A stretch of 64,000 bases of DNA, from NCBI GenBank assembly GCA_964350645.1, contig CAYGJY010000001.1, positions 208,621 through 272,620 of the forward strand, given 5' to 3'. The first letter of the stretch is position 1, and every line of letters starts with the position of its first letter. Below the pieces are notes generated by a model, which saw nothing but the letters and a program-made list of their open reading frames with translations, ran no database searches and was not told where the DNA came from. A program made the position numbers and the translations under genes. Positions 55,981-64,000 of the stretch are shown piece by piece. The stretch is from an uncultured Candidatus Saccharibacteria bacterium (GTDB lineage: Bacteria > Patescibacteriota > Minisyncoccia > Phycocordibacterales > UBA918).

Positions 55981-57489
55981 ATGAGCAAAAAACTCGGAGT
56001 ATTTTTAGGTATTATCACTTTTGTCCTGGTAGCAGGAGTTAATTCAGTGTCGGCTCAAGTCGCCAACACGGCAGATGTGGTCAAACGCATGCAAGAAATT
56101 TCAGAGCAAATGCAGACTCTCCAGACTGAATTTGCTGCATTGACCAAACAACTACAGGGTACGCCGACTCCAACAGTTCTCGGTGCCCAGACATCGACTC
56201 CTAATACTGACCTCGCTCCGGTCTTTACTGAAGATTTGAGTCCTGGGGTGACCAATGATGACATAAAGAAGATTCAGCGCTTATTGGCAGCTGATCCAGA
56301 AATTTATCCTTACGGTGTAGCCTCTGGTTTCTTTGGTCCGAAGACGGTAGAAGCAATCAATAATCTCCAGGTTCGTTTTGGCTATGATCCTGTTGGGGTG
56401 ATCGGTCCAGCGACCAAAGCACTCCTTGAAGGCTGGATCCGAGCGTATCCGAATGAAAACTATCCAGAGGGGGTTTTGACCAGTCGACCAACAGCAATTA
56501 TTAGTGGCGGCGGCTCAGAATCAAGCCAGCTCTTGGCACGACTCCAGTCGCAATTAGCGTCACTAACTAATCAAGGTGGTTCAGTAGATGAGGATGAAGA
56601 AGAGGATACTTCAGTTCCACGAGGAGTTTTGGATGACAATCCTGCTAAATCTATTGAAGTGTCGTTCTCAGGCAATACAGCTACAGTAGAAATTGAGTAT
56701 AACGATTCGGATGAATATGATGATGAAAAATTCAGCGTTAAGGCTAATTCTATACAGTCTGTTGCGCAGGAGCTTGAATTTTTGACATTTCTATCACGAG
56801 CAGAAATTGATGATTTAATCGTCGAAGTACAGAGTGGTAGCTCACGTGGGGGTGATAAAGGTGATGCCGATGACGCTATTGACGCTGCGGACGAAGCAAT
56901 CGCTGACGCTGACGATGAAATTGATGACGCTCGAAGAGATGACGAAGATACTGAATACGCTCGTGATTTGCTCGACGAAGCTGAGGACCTACTTAGAGAT
57001 GCTGAAGATGAATATGACGATAAAAACTATGACCGAGCCATCGTAAAAGCTCAAGAAGCTGAAGAAATGGCAAAAGACGCTGAAGATGCAATCGGTAAAG
57101 AGGAGCGCACAGCCCGAGACATTGATGTTATTGAAGTTGAAATTACCGATGACAACGAAGCTGAAGTGAAGGTTGAGTATGATGATGGCGATGATGAGCG
57201 TTTTGACCTTGACGAAGATGATCGTGAAGAATTGATTCAAGAAATTGCTGATGAACTTGATATTGACGAAGATGATGTTGAAGACTTAATTGAGTTTGAC
57301 TACGGTGATATAGATTCAATCACAGCTGAAGTTAATCGAAATGACACCGATGTAACGATTGAGTTTGAGAGTGGAGTAGAAGCTTCATTTGAAATTGATG
57401 AAACTGACGAGGATGAGATTATTGATGAGATTGCAAAACTCTATGACTTGCGAGCGCGGGACATTGAGGATGTAATTGACTTCGACTAG
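55981..57489 (+). CDS. secreted peptidoglycan-binding protein with an extremely acidic C-terminal region
   Basis: signal peptide; DDIKKIQRLL...GFFGPKT..AI..LQ...GVIGPAT PG-binding motif; D/E-rich repeats. Confidence 0.82.
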   Translation: MSKKLGVFLGIITFVLVAGVNSVSAQVANTADVVKRMQEISEQMQTLQTEFAALTKQLQGTPTPTVLGAQTSTPNTDLAPVFTEDLSPGVTNDDIKKIQRLLAADPEIYPYGVASGFFGPKTVEAINNLQVRFGYDPVGVIGPATKALLEGWIRAYPNENYPEGVLTSRPTAIISGGGSESSQLLARLQSQLASLTNQGGSVDEDEEEDTSVPRGVLDDNPAKSIEVSFSGNTATVEIEYNDSDEYDDEKFSVKANSIQSVAQELEFLTFLSRAEIDDLIVEVQSGSSRGGDKGDADDAIDAADEAIADADDEIDDARRDDEDTEYARDLLDEAEDLLRDAEDEYDDKNYDRAIVKAQEAEEMAKDAEDAIGKEERTARDIDVIEVEITDDNEAEVKVEYDDGDDERFDLDEDDREELIQEIADELDIDEDDVEDLIEFDYGDIDSITAEVNRNDTDVTIEFESGVEASFEIDETDEDEIIDEIAKLYDLRARDIEDVIDFD

Positions 57490-57503
57490 ACGTGAGGGTT
57501 GGC

Positions 57504-57532
57504 AAAAGCCGGCGCCGAAGGCGCCGGCTTTT
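57504..57532 (+). terminator. terminator hairpin
   Basis: AAAAGCCGGCGCC-GAA-GGCGCCGGCTTTT. Confidence 0.85.
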
Positions 57533-57546
57533 GTTATAATTAACCT

Positions 57547-57993
57547 ATGGCCTGGCGTTGGTATCGAGTACGAAGAAAACGAGCGAGTAGTGTGACTAAA
57601 CACTACCAAACTCATAAAGAGCTTGCACGAGAAGTGATTATCAAGAGACTTGAATATTGGAATCAATTTTACCAACTTACCTACAACCGGGTGGCGATCC
57701 GAAATCAGCGGCGCTGCTGGGGAAGCTGTACTAGCAAAGGAAACCTTAATTTCAGTTATAAGCTGATTTTCTTACCGCCAGCTCTCCTTGACTACATTGT
57801 AGTCCACGAACTCTGTCACTTGGCGGAGCTTAATCATGGAAAATCTTTTTGGGCGCTAGTTGAACGGACGTTGCCTGATTATCGAGATCGGGTGCAAGCC
57901 CTCAAGCACATTGAAACTGGCGGTACTTCAATTGTGCATCTCACCAAACATCAGCAGGCAGCACTGAAAGAAGTGAGTTTCTCTGGCGTATAA
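57547..57993 (+). CDS. YgjP/DUF45-type metal-dependent hydrolase
   Basis: WGSC, DYIVVHELCHL..LNH...FW. Confidence 0.88.
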   Translation: MAWRWYRVRRKRASSVTKHYQTHKELAREVIIKRLEYWNQFYQLTYNRVAIRNQRRCWGSCTSKGNLNFSYKLIFLPPALLDYIVVHELCHLAELNHGKSFWALVERTLPDYRDRVQALKHIETGGTSIVHLTKHQQAALKEVSFSGV

Positions 57994-58015
57994 GAAAGTA
58001 AGTTAAGTAATACAT

Positions 58016-59317
58016 ATGCAATTTTTTCAAAACCTACTAATGAGTATCGCAGCCTTTTTTGGTTTACAGGCAGAGGTACCAGCCCAAGAGCAGGTATCAG
58101 AATCAACTCCAAGCGAATTTGTTCAAATGGAGAACAATCAAGCTGAAATAACTGAACAAAGAGCTGATGGAGAAGAAATCAGTGCAGCCGATACGATGAT
58201 TGAGACGGATGAGCCTGACGACGCTGTGGTTGACACTGCGGTAGAAGAAGATGCAATGGTTGCTGTTGCGCCGGCGGTAGCCACTAATGTCCAAACTGAC
58301 ACTGTACTGGTGGCTGGCGGTTGTTTTTGGTGCGTTGAGGCTGACCTAGAAAAGCTTCCAGGTGTGATCGAAGTGGTATCTGGTTATGCTGGTGGTAGTA
58401 GCGCAAACCCAACCTACAAAGATTATAGTAAGAACGGTCATCGGGAAGTGGCTGAGGTTACTTTCAATCCAGCAGTAGTGTCGCTTGAAGAGATTATGAT
58501 TTATACCTTAAAGCATACTGATCCAACAGATGACGATGGAAGTTTCAACGATCGAGGAGACTATTATTCCTCAGCGCTTTATTATGAAACTGAAGCTGAG
58601 AAACAGCTGATTGAGAATCTGATTGCTGAAATTGATCAAAATGGACCGTATGATAAGCCGCTAGCTGTAGACGTTGAGCCGCGCCCGACGTTCTGGCCAG
58701 CAGAAGACTATCACCAAGATTATTACAAAGGTACGTTGTCACAACTCAAATACAAGTATTATCGCAACGCTTCTGGTCGCAGTGACTTTATTGAAAAGTA
58801 TTGGAGTGGTAACACTGACCCGTCATTGTTGTGGCGCGAGACGGTGAGTACTAGTGATGCTTCTTCGAGTTGGAACAATTTTATAAAGCCGACTGATGAC
58901 CAGCTCAAAGCTCGTTTGACTGACATCCAGTATAAAGTTACCCAAAAGAATGGTACCGAACGATCTTTTAGTAACGAATATTGGGATAATAAAGAAGCGG
59001 GTATTTACGTGGATATTGTGTCTGGTGAACCACTGTTTTCTTCAACAAACAAATTTGATTCTGGTACCGGATGGCCGAGTTTTACTCGTCCGATTGATTA
59101 TAGTTACGTGACTGAGCATGATGATTATGTTTTGCTACAAAAGCGAACTGAAATTCGCTCCAAGATTGCTGATTCGCATCTCGGGCATGTATTTAATGAT
59201 GCACCAAAGGAGCTGGGGGGTATTCGGTACTGTATGAATTCCGCCGCCCTTCGATTTGTCCCAGTGGCAAACATGGACGCGGAAGGGTATGGAGACTTTT
59301 TGTATCTGTTTAACTAA
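58016..59317 (+). CDS. msrAB: peptide-methionine sulfoxide reductase MsrA-MsrB fusion
   Basis: [14 protein letters not shown]; GTE, GWPSF, HLGHVF, RYCMNS. Confidence 0.95.
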   Translation: MQFFQNLLMSIAAFFGLQAEVPAQEQVSESTPSEFVQMENNQAEITEQRADGEEISAADTMIETDEPDDAVVDTAVEEDAMVAVAPAVATNVQTDTVLVAGGCFWCVEADLEKLPGVIEVVSGYAGGSSANPTYKDYSKNGHREVAEVTFNPAVVSLEEIMIYTLKHTDPTDDDGSFNDRGDYYSSALYYETEAEKQLIENLIAEIDQNGPYDKPLAVDVEPRPTFWPAEDYHQDYYKGTLSQLKYKYYRNASGRSDFIEKYWSGNTDPSLLWRETVSTSDASSSWNNFIKPTDDQLKARLTDIQYKVTQKNGTERSFSNEYWDNKEAGIYVDIVSGEPLFSSTNKFDSGTGWPSFTRPIDYSYVTEHDDYVLLQKRTEIRSKIADSHLGHVFNDAPKELGGIRYCMNSAALRFVPVANMDAEGYGDFLYLFN

Positions 59318-59332
59318 GAGTTGTTTTTTGCA

Positions 59333-59371
59333 AACCAAAGCGGCGGGAGCTTCGCTCCCGCCGCTTTGGTT
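59333..59371 (+). terminator. terminator hairpin
   Basis: AACCAAAGCGGCGGGAGC-TTC-GCTCCCGCCGCTTTGGTT. Confidence 0.75.
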
Positions 59372-59422
59372 ATCCTAGTCTGTCGCCACTGTTTTTGCTT
59401 TTGGTACGTTACAATTGTGGCA

Positions 59423-60421
59423 ATGATTGAATCTACCCTGGGGCAGCTTTTTTCTAGTGGTGTACCACTGTGGGCACTTATTAGCATTTGGTCTGTCTTT
59501 CTAGCCGCCGCTATTTTTCTACTCGTCCGAGGAGCTGATACGTTTGTAGTCGGAGCAACACAGATTGGCGCTAGTTTAGGTATGACACCTTTTGCGATCG
59601 GTGTACTGATTGTCGGATTTGGGACTTCATTCCCTGAATTAGCTTCTTCGATTGCTGCTGTCATTCAAAACTCTCCAGAAATAGTCGTCGCAAATGCCGT
59701 CGGCTCGAACATTACCAACATTCTTTTGGTCGTTGGTTTTATCGTAGTGATGGGAGGCAAGATTGTCATCAAACGTGACTTAATTAAGTCTGAACTACCG
59801 ATCTTCTTCATTGCTACAGCTCACTTTGTGGCGATGATTTATGATGGCGTAGTTGATCGCGTAGAGTCTATGTTACTTGTCGGAACCTTTGCTGCGTACA
59901 TTTGGTACTTGTTTGCTGATGCTCAGGACGAAGATAATGTTGATCTTCAAAAGGATAAGGGTCGCCGACCGCAGCTCCAAGCTCGGTCGTTAGCGTTTTT
60001 TGCCCTTGGTTTAATGGCAGTGCTCACTGGAGCTCATTTTGCTATTCAAATGGTGATTAATATTGGTAGTGCCTTGAGCATTCCAGTCGAAGTTATATCC
60101 ATTGCCGCAATTGCCCTCGGGACTTCATTGCCAGAGCTATTCGTTGCTATCAAGTCAGTCCAGCGTGGTGAGGGTGAGTTAGCGATTGGTAGTATTTTTG
60201 GCTCAAATGCATTTAATATTTTGATGGTGGTTGGTCTACCCGGATTGTTTGTTGCCCTCGAGGCTGGTCCAGTTGTCACTGGTCTTGGTTTGCCAGTACT
60301 ATTAGCTGCTTCAGCGATTTTCTTTGTGAATGGTTTGGCTCGTCAGATAAACCGTTGGGAAGGAGCTATGATGCTACTTTTCTTCGCTTTCTTTGCCATT
60401 AAACTCGTCGCATTTATTTAA
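59423..60421 (+). CDS. Ca2+/cation antiporter (YrbG-like)
   Basis: two alpha repeats GTSFPE..GSN and GTSLPE..GSN; ATG 59423 lies 7 nt after TACAAT. Confidence 0.92.
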   Translation: MIESTLGQLFSSGVPLWALISIWSVFLAAAIFLLVRGADTFVVGATQIGASLGMTPFAIGVLIVGFGTSFPELASSIAAVIQNSPEIVVANAVGSNITNILLVVGFIVVMGGKIVIKRDLIKSELPIFFIATAHFVAMIYDGVVDRVESMLLVGTFAAYIWYLFADAQDEDNVDLQKDKGRRPQLQARSLAFFALGLMAVLTGAHFAIQMVINIGSALSIPVEVISIAAIALGTSLPELFVAIKSVQRGEGELAIGSIFGSNAFNILMVVGLPGLFVALEAGPVVTGLGLPVLLAASAIFFVNGLARQINRWEGAMMLLFFAFFAIKLVAFI

Positions 60422-60440
60422 TTTGCTATAGTGTGGGCCT

Positions 60441-61142
60441 ATGGATTGGCCAGAAATACTTCTTATAGATAAGCCGACTGGCATGACGTCATTTGATGTA
60501 ATCCGCCGACTACGTCGTGTTTATAGCGATGCAACAGGTGAGAAGGCACCGAAACTTGGCCATGCTGGGACGCTTGATCCGTCAGCCTCTGGCTTAATGG
60601 TCCTGGGTGTTGGCAAGGGTACCAAGCAATTAACTGAGCTTACTAAGCTCGATAAAGTGTATGAGGCGGAGGTACTGATTGGCCGCTCAACGACGACTGG
60701 TGATGTAGAAGGAGAGGCGATAGCTGAAAAACCTGTGGAGGACCTGACTAAAGAAGTGGTCGCTAAGGCTGTGTCTGAAATGACAGGCAGCCTGCGGCTG
60801 CCTGTCAGTGCCTACAGCGCTATCAAAAAAGACGGCGTCCCAATGTACAAGCGAGCGTATGCAGCGGCAAAAAAAGGTGAAGTGGTCGAAGATGTACCAG
60901 TTCGTGACATGACAGTCTATAGCGCTCGCCTAGAGGCCTTTGTAGTAGATCGTGGCGATGGCTTCGCCATCGCCACCATAACCTTCCACGTCGCCTCTGG
61001 TACCTACATTCGCAGTCTTGCCGAAGAGTTGGGTAAACGTATCGACTATCCAGCGTCACTGTGTAATCTGCGTCGTACCAAAGTAGGGGAGTTTGATATT
61101 GAAAATGCCAAGATCTTGGATGATCTAGAAACTAAGCAATGA
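60441..61142 (+). CDS. truB: tRNA pseudouridine(55) synthase
   Basis: DKPTGMTS, GHAGTLDP, YSAIK, GTYIRSL, LRRT. Confidence 0.96.
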   Translation: MDWPEILLIDKPTGMTSFDVIRRLRRVYSDATGEKAPKLGHAGTLDPSASGLMVLGVGKGTKQLTELTKLDKVYEAEVLIGRSTTTGDVEGEAIAEKPVEDLTKEVVAKAVSEMTGSLRLPVSAYSAIKKDGVPMYKRAYAAAKKGEVVEDVPVRDMTVYSARLEAFVVDRGDGFAIATITFHVASGTYIRSLAEELGKRIDYPASLCNLRRTKVGEFDIENAKILDDLETKQ

Positions 61143-61247
61143 AAAACGCCGCTTGCAACTGCAAAGCGGTCGTGGGGTGAGGGGTGGTTCCGCCAGGAGT
61201 AAGTCTTCTCTGCTTACTGATCGCCCCGGCGGTTCCTTGCGTCTGCC

Positions 61248-61484
61248 TCAGATGCGAGGGAGTTCAAGCGGGCGTTGTATAAAAAGCCCAAATCGCTCCA
61301 TCGTAACATCAAATGCACTTCTGTCCCCTTCATCATCAGAGGGGTATATTGCGATGCCCCCATCTTTTAGTCGGGTTATCATTATTGCACCAGGTGCAAT
61401 TTCATGGAGGGCTGCAAGTTCGCTGCAGCACAGGGCACCAGCCTTTTCAGGTGGGGCATACCATGCTCGTACGGTTTCCTTCAT
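61248..61484 (-). CDS. small hypothetical protein (78 aa)
   Basis: GAGGAG SD before ATG 61484; promoter TTGCTT-16-TATAGT (61564..61537); own terminator. Confidence 0.6.
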   Translation of the reverse strand: MKETVRAWYAPPEKAGALCCSELAALHEIAPGAIMITRLKDGGIAIYPSDDEGDRSAFDVTMERFGLFIQRPLELPRI

Positions 61485-61681
61485 TTGTGGCTCCTCTGCC
61501 TCAAGTTTGACCGTCTCTGTGAACGGCTTGTATAAAACTATAATATAAAAATTAGAAAAAGCAAGGGTAAGTGTGGAAATTGTATTGAAAAACGCCCGTG
61601 AATCTGGCGATTCCTTCGGACGTATGTGTTGCACCTCGTGGGTGCGGCGGCGGGGCGGCGTCAGCCGCCCCGGGCAGACGG

Positions 61682-61894
61682 CTACGCGCCCTCGCCACTG
61701 GTTGGCAGTCCGTGCTTTTTCAGAAAAGCAGAAACATCACCACCTCCCCAGAGTATTTCGGTTGGCCTCCAGCCGTGGCGGACAGCTGTGAGGTGGTCTA
61801 TTGTTTCGGGCTGTTCCATGTAGGCTGCGTGGGCAGCAAGCTGTCTTGCCAAAACGGCATCGGGGTCTCCTGTCGGTATTTCTTTTGTGGGCAC
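61682..61894 (-). CDS. small GC-rich hypothetical protein (70 aa)
   Basis: GAGGAG SD 6 nt before GTG 61894; promoter TTGTGT-16-TATTAT; hairpins downstream. Confidence 0.6.
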   Translation of the reverse strand: MPTKEIPTGDPDAVLARQLAAHAAYMEQPETIDHLTAVRHGWRPTEILWGGGDVSAFLKKHGLPTSGEGA

Positions 61895-62001
61895 TTTTTT
61901 CTCCTCATCTCTCTCTCTCTGCTCGAGAGGTTGCGTATCGCCAGTTATCCGGCGACAAAAAAATAATACAACAATATCAAAAAAACACAAATAATTACTC
62001 G

Positions 62002-62184
62002 ATGGATTATGAATTAAACCCAAGCTCTACATTCTTTAATGACGAGTGTTGTAAACACACCAGGGTCACTACTTTTATTGGTAATCTAAATGTCCGTGAA
62101 CATGGGATTAAAACTTTCAGTAATGATTACGCTAGTTTAGAAGAAAGCGTTGCTGTATTATTAAAAATAATTAAATCAGGATAG
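62002..62184 (+). CDS. short AT-rich ORF, possibly a gene remnant
   Basis: 60 aa, ends 5 nt before the next gene. Confidence 0.35.
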   Translation: MDYELNPSSTFFNDECCKHTRVTTFIGNLNVREHGIKTFSNDYASLEESVAVLLKIIKSG

Positions 62185-62189
62185 ATACT

Positions 62190-62714
62190 ATGCGCATAAC
62201 AATAGGAACTGAAAATACATTAAAAGTTAGTGCAGTAAAAGAAGTGATGGATGAATTGTTAACTGAAGAATATGAGTTGTTGCCTATTTCAACTGACTCA
62301 GGTGTGACAGAAAATCCGCTTACCCATACTGAAGCAATATCTGGTGCCAGAAACAGAGCGCGAGGCAGTCTCTCGGGTACAAACGCAGCGTTTGGTGTGG
62401 GCATAGAAGGTAATCTTTTTCAAGAATCATCTCAGTGGTTTTTGACAACATGGGTTGTCATAATTAACTCTAGCAACAATAAAGAATATATCGCACAAGG
62501 GATCTCAGTTCAGATTACTGAACAGCTTGTTATTGATCAAATTGATAGTAATCAACCAGTTGGTCATGTGTTTAAGTCGCTACCGGCAAATCATGATTAT
62601 GAAAAATATGGCAATCCAATGAATTACTTGACTGGTGGCGTCTTTGACAGATCTGATGCCTTGAAAATTGCTGTAAGAGCTTGTTTTTCACAAGTGCTCA
62701 GAGATGTAAACTAA
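62190..62714 (+). CDS. yjjX: inosine/xanthosine triphosphatase (YjjX family)
   Basis: GTENTLKVSAV, SGV..NP, GARNRA, GVGIEG, LTGG...R. Confidence 0.85.
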   Translation: MRITIGTENTLKVSAVKEVMDELLTEEYELLPISTDSGVTENPLTHTEAISGARNRARGSLSGTNAAFGVGIEGNLFQESSQWFLTTWVVIINSSNNKEYIAQGISVQITEQLVIDQIDSNQPVGHVFKSLPANHDYEKYGNPMNYLTGGVFDRSDALKIAVRACFSQVLRDVN

Positions 62715-62756
62715 TAGTTTCTACATAAAAGCAAAATTGCCTTGTATGTTTGTCAG

Positions 62757-63191
62757 TTAGAAATTGGCACTTTTGTTTTTAGAGCTTCTTGAATTCAGTT
62801 CCTCCTTTGCCAAGTTGAGTCGTTCTTCCAGTTCTGGAGCGTAACTCGGGTCAGTTAGTCGTGCTGCGGCGAGACCGATCTCTAGACTTTGTATCGTTTT
62901 TTTAAGTTTTTCATCATCACATCGTGAAAATTCATTTTGATTTTCTGAGACTCCCTCAGTATCAGCTCTTTCTGCAGTCGCTTGCTCGTCTTTTAAATAT
63001 TCATCTACAACAAAACTAAGCGTATCTCCGCTGAGATCAGGGTAAATTTTACCAATGGCAGCTTTCGCTTCATCTCTGGTAGGCAGGCGTTCGAGACTGC
63101 CAATTTTGCTTCGAACCGCCATAAAGAATGCCCGCCAGTCTTTGATGGGTACTTCTGTTTTTATAATAAAGCTACCTGTCCTTTCAAACAT
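62757..63191 (-). CDS. hypothetical protein
   Basis: 144-aa ORF starting 11 nt after the yqeY stop. Confidence 0.7.
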   Translation of the reverse strand: MFERTGSFIIKTEVPIKDWRAFFMAVRSKIGSLERLPTRDEAKAAIGKIYPDLSGDTLSFVVDEYLKDEQATAERADTEGVSENQNEFSRCDDEKLKKTIQSLEIGLAAARLTDPSYAPELEERLNLAKEELNSRSSKNKSANF

Positions 63192-63202
63192 ATTGTCTTG
63201 AG

Positions 63203-63655
63203 TTAAAACAATCCCTCAACCACACTCTTTACATCGCCGCCGTCTGCCTTGCCGGCGAGTTCTTTCATGACTGCGCCAACCAACATACCCATTTTGGCTT
63301 TGTCGTCTATCCCGAGTTCGGCTTTCTTAGCTTCGGCGACTGGTTTGATCTCTTCAACTGACATCATTTGGGGTAGATAGGTTTCAAGGACGACGAGCTC
63401 TTCTTTTTCCGGTACTGCGAGTTCAGGACGATTAGCAGCTTCGTACTGGGTGATTGATTCTTTGCGTTGTTTAGCTTGTCGTTTGATGACTGTAATTACC
63501 TCGTCGTCTGTTAACTTATCTTGCGGAGTTCGATTCGTTGCAACAAGTTCATTGGTAAAGGCAGTAAGCAAGCTTCGTACTGTACGCAGCTTGATCGAAT
63601 CTTTTGCTTTCATCGCTTCTTTAAGTTGATTGTGGATATCTTCGTGTAGGGCCAT
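63203..63655 (-). CDS. yqeY: GatB/YqeY domain protein
   Basis: LKEAMKAKD, KQRKESI..Y, YLPQMMS, MG...GKADG. Confidence 0.92.
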   Translation of the reverse strand: MALHEDIHNQLKEAMKAKDSIKLRTVRSLLTAFTNELVATNRTPQDKLTDDEVITVIKRQAKQRKESITQYEAANRPELAVPEKEELVVLETYLPQMMSVEEIKPVAEAKKAELGIDDKAKMGMLVGAVMKELAGKADGGDVKSVVEGLF

Positions 63656-63688
63656 ACATTATTTAGTTATGTTGCTATACTATCATCA

Positions 63689-64000
63689 ATGAGCTCTTCA
63701 AAAAAGTCGCCTCCTCGGCGGCTCGTTCTACCCGAAGCACAACTCCAAACAAAATCCTATGCGTGGCATGCTCATGATGCTGGCGAGGTATTGGCTGTGC
63801 TCAGGATTACTGAAGATGGGCTTGATGGCCTCCAGGTAAACAAAAAACGCAAAGAACACGGACGTAATAGTTTTTCACAGCAGCCACGTGCAACTGTTTT
63901 TGATCGAGTCTGGGCGCAACTCAAAAGCCCACTGGTTTTTGTACTTCTCATAGCTTTTGTAATCACAGCAGCGCTTAGCGAATATGTAGATGCTGGAGTA
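63689..64000 (+). CDS. cation-transporting P-type ATPase, N-terminal part (runs off the window)
   Basis: hand translation: ...AWHAHDAGEVL..EDGL..RKEHGRNSF..AQLKSPLVFVLLIAFVITAALSEYVDAGV; ATG lies 7 nt after TATACT. Confidence 0.85.
   Translation, partial: MSSSKKSPPRRLVLPEAQLQTKSYAWHAHDAGEVLAVLRITEDGLDGLQVNKKRKEHGRNSFSQQPRATVFDRVWAQLKSPLVFVLLIAFVITAALSEYVDAGV

Overview
This window looks like a chromosomal segment of a reduced-genome bacterium, most likely Patescibacteria/CPR (Parcubacteria-like). That placement is inferred from the gene content, the orphan VirD4/HerA-like ATPase, the two mreB paralogues and the lack of biosynthetic operons. Genetic code 11 applies, since TGA ends several core genes. 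The backbone carries housekeeping genes (cspA, mutM, hpf, fmt-def, a degenerate priA, holB-like, frr, rseP, proS, greA, lysS, uppS, rnhA, truB, a Pif1-like helicase, msrAB, tRNA-Glu), an mreBCD-mrdA operon, a short dcw cluster (mraZ-rsmH-ftsL-ftsI-murF) and an XRE-MurA fusion. The most notable observations are these. (1) An unannotated ~205-nt multi-hairpin RNA candidate with its own promoter and terminator lies convergent on an AT-rich PD-(D/E)XK-like nuclease gene beside tRNA-Glu. (2) A promoter / 25-aa leader ORF / alternative-hairpin attenuator precedes a HAD gene and a glutathionylspermidine-synthase/ATP-grasp-like ligase. (3) A palindromic operator candidate sits over the XRE-MurA promoter. 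(4) Expression signals fall into two classes: many core genes look leaderless, while GC-rich orphans carry -35/-10 promoters, Shine-Dalgarno sites and their own terminators. (5) Three genes look disrupted or non-canonical: one frameshift, one in-frame TGA and one ACG start. All family calls come from motif recognition by eye; no searches were run.
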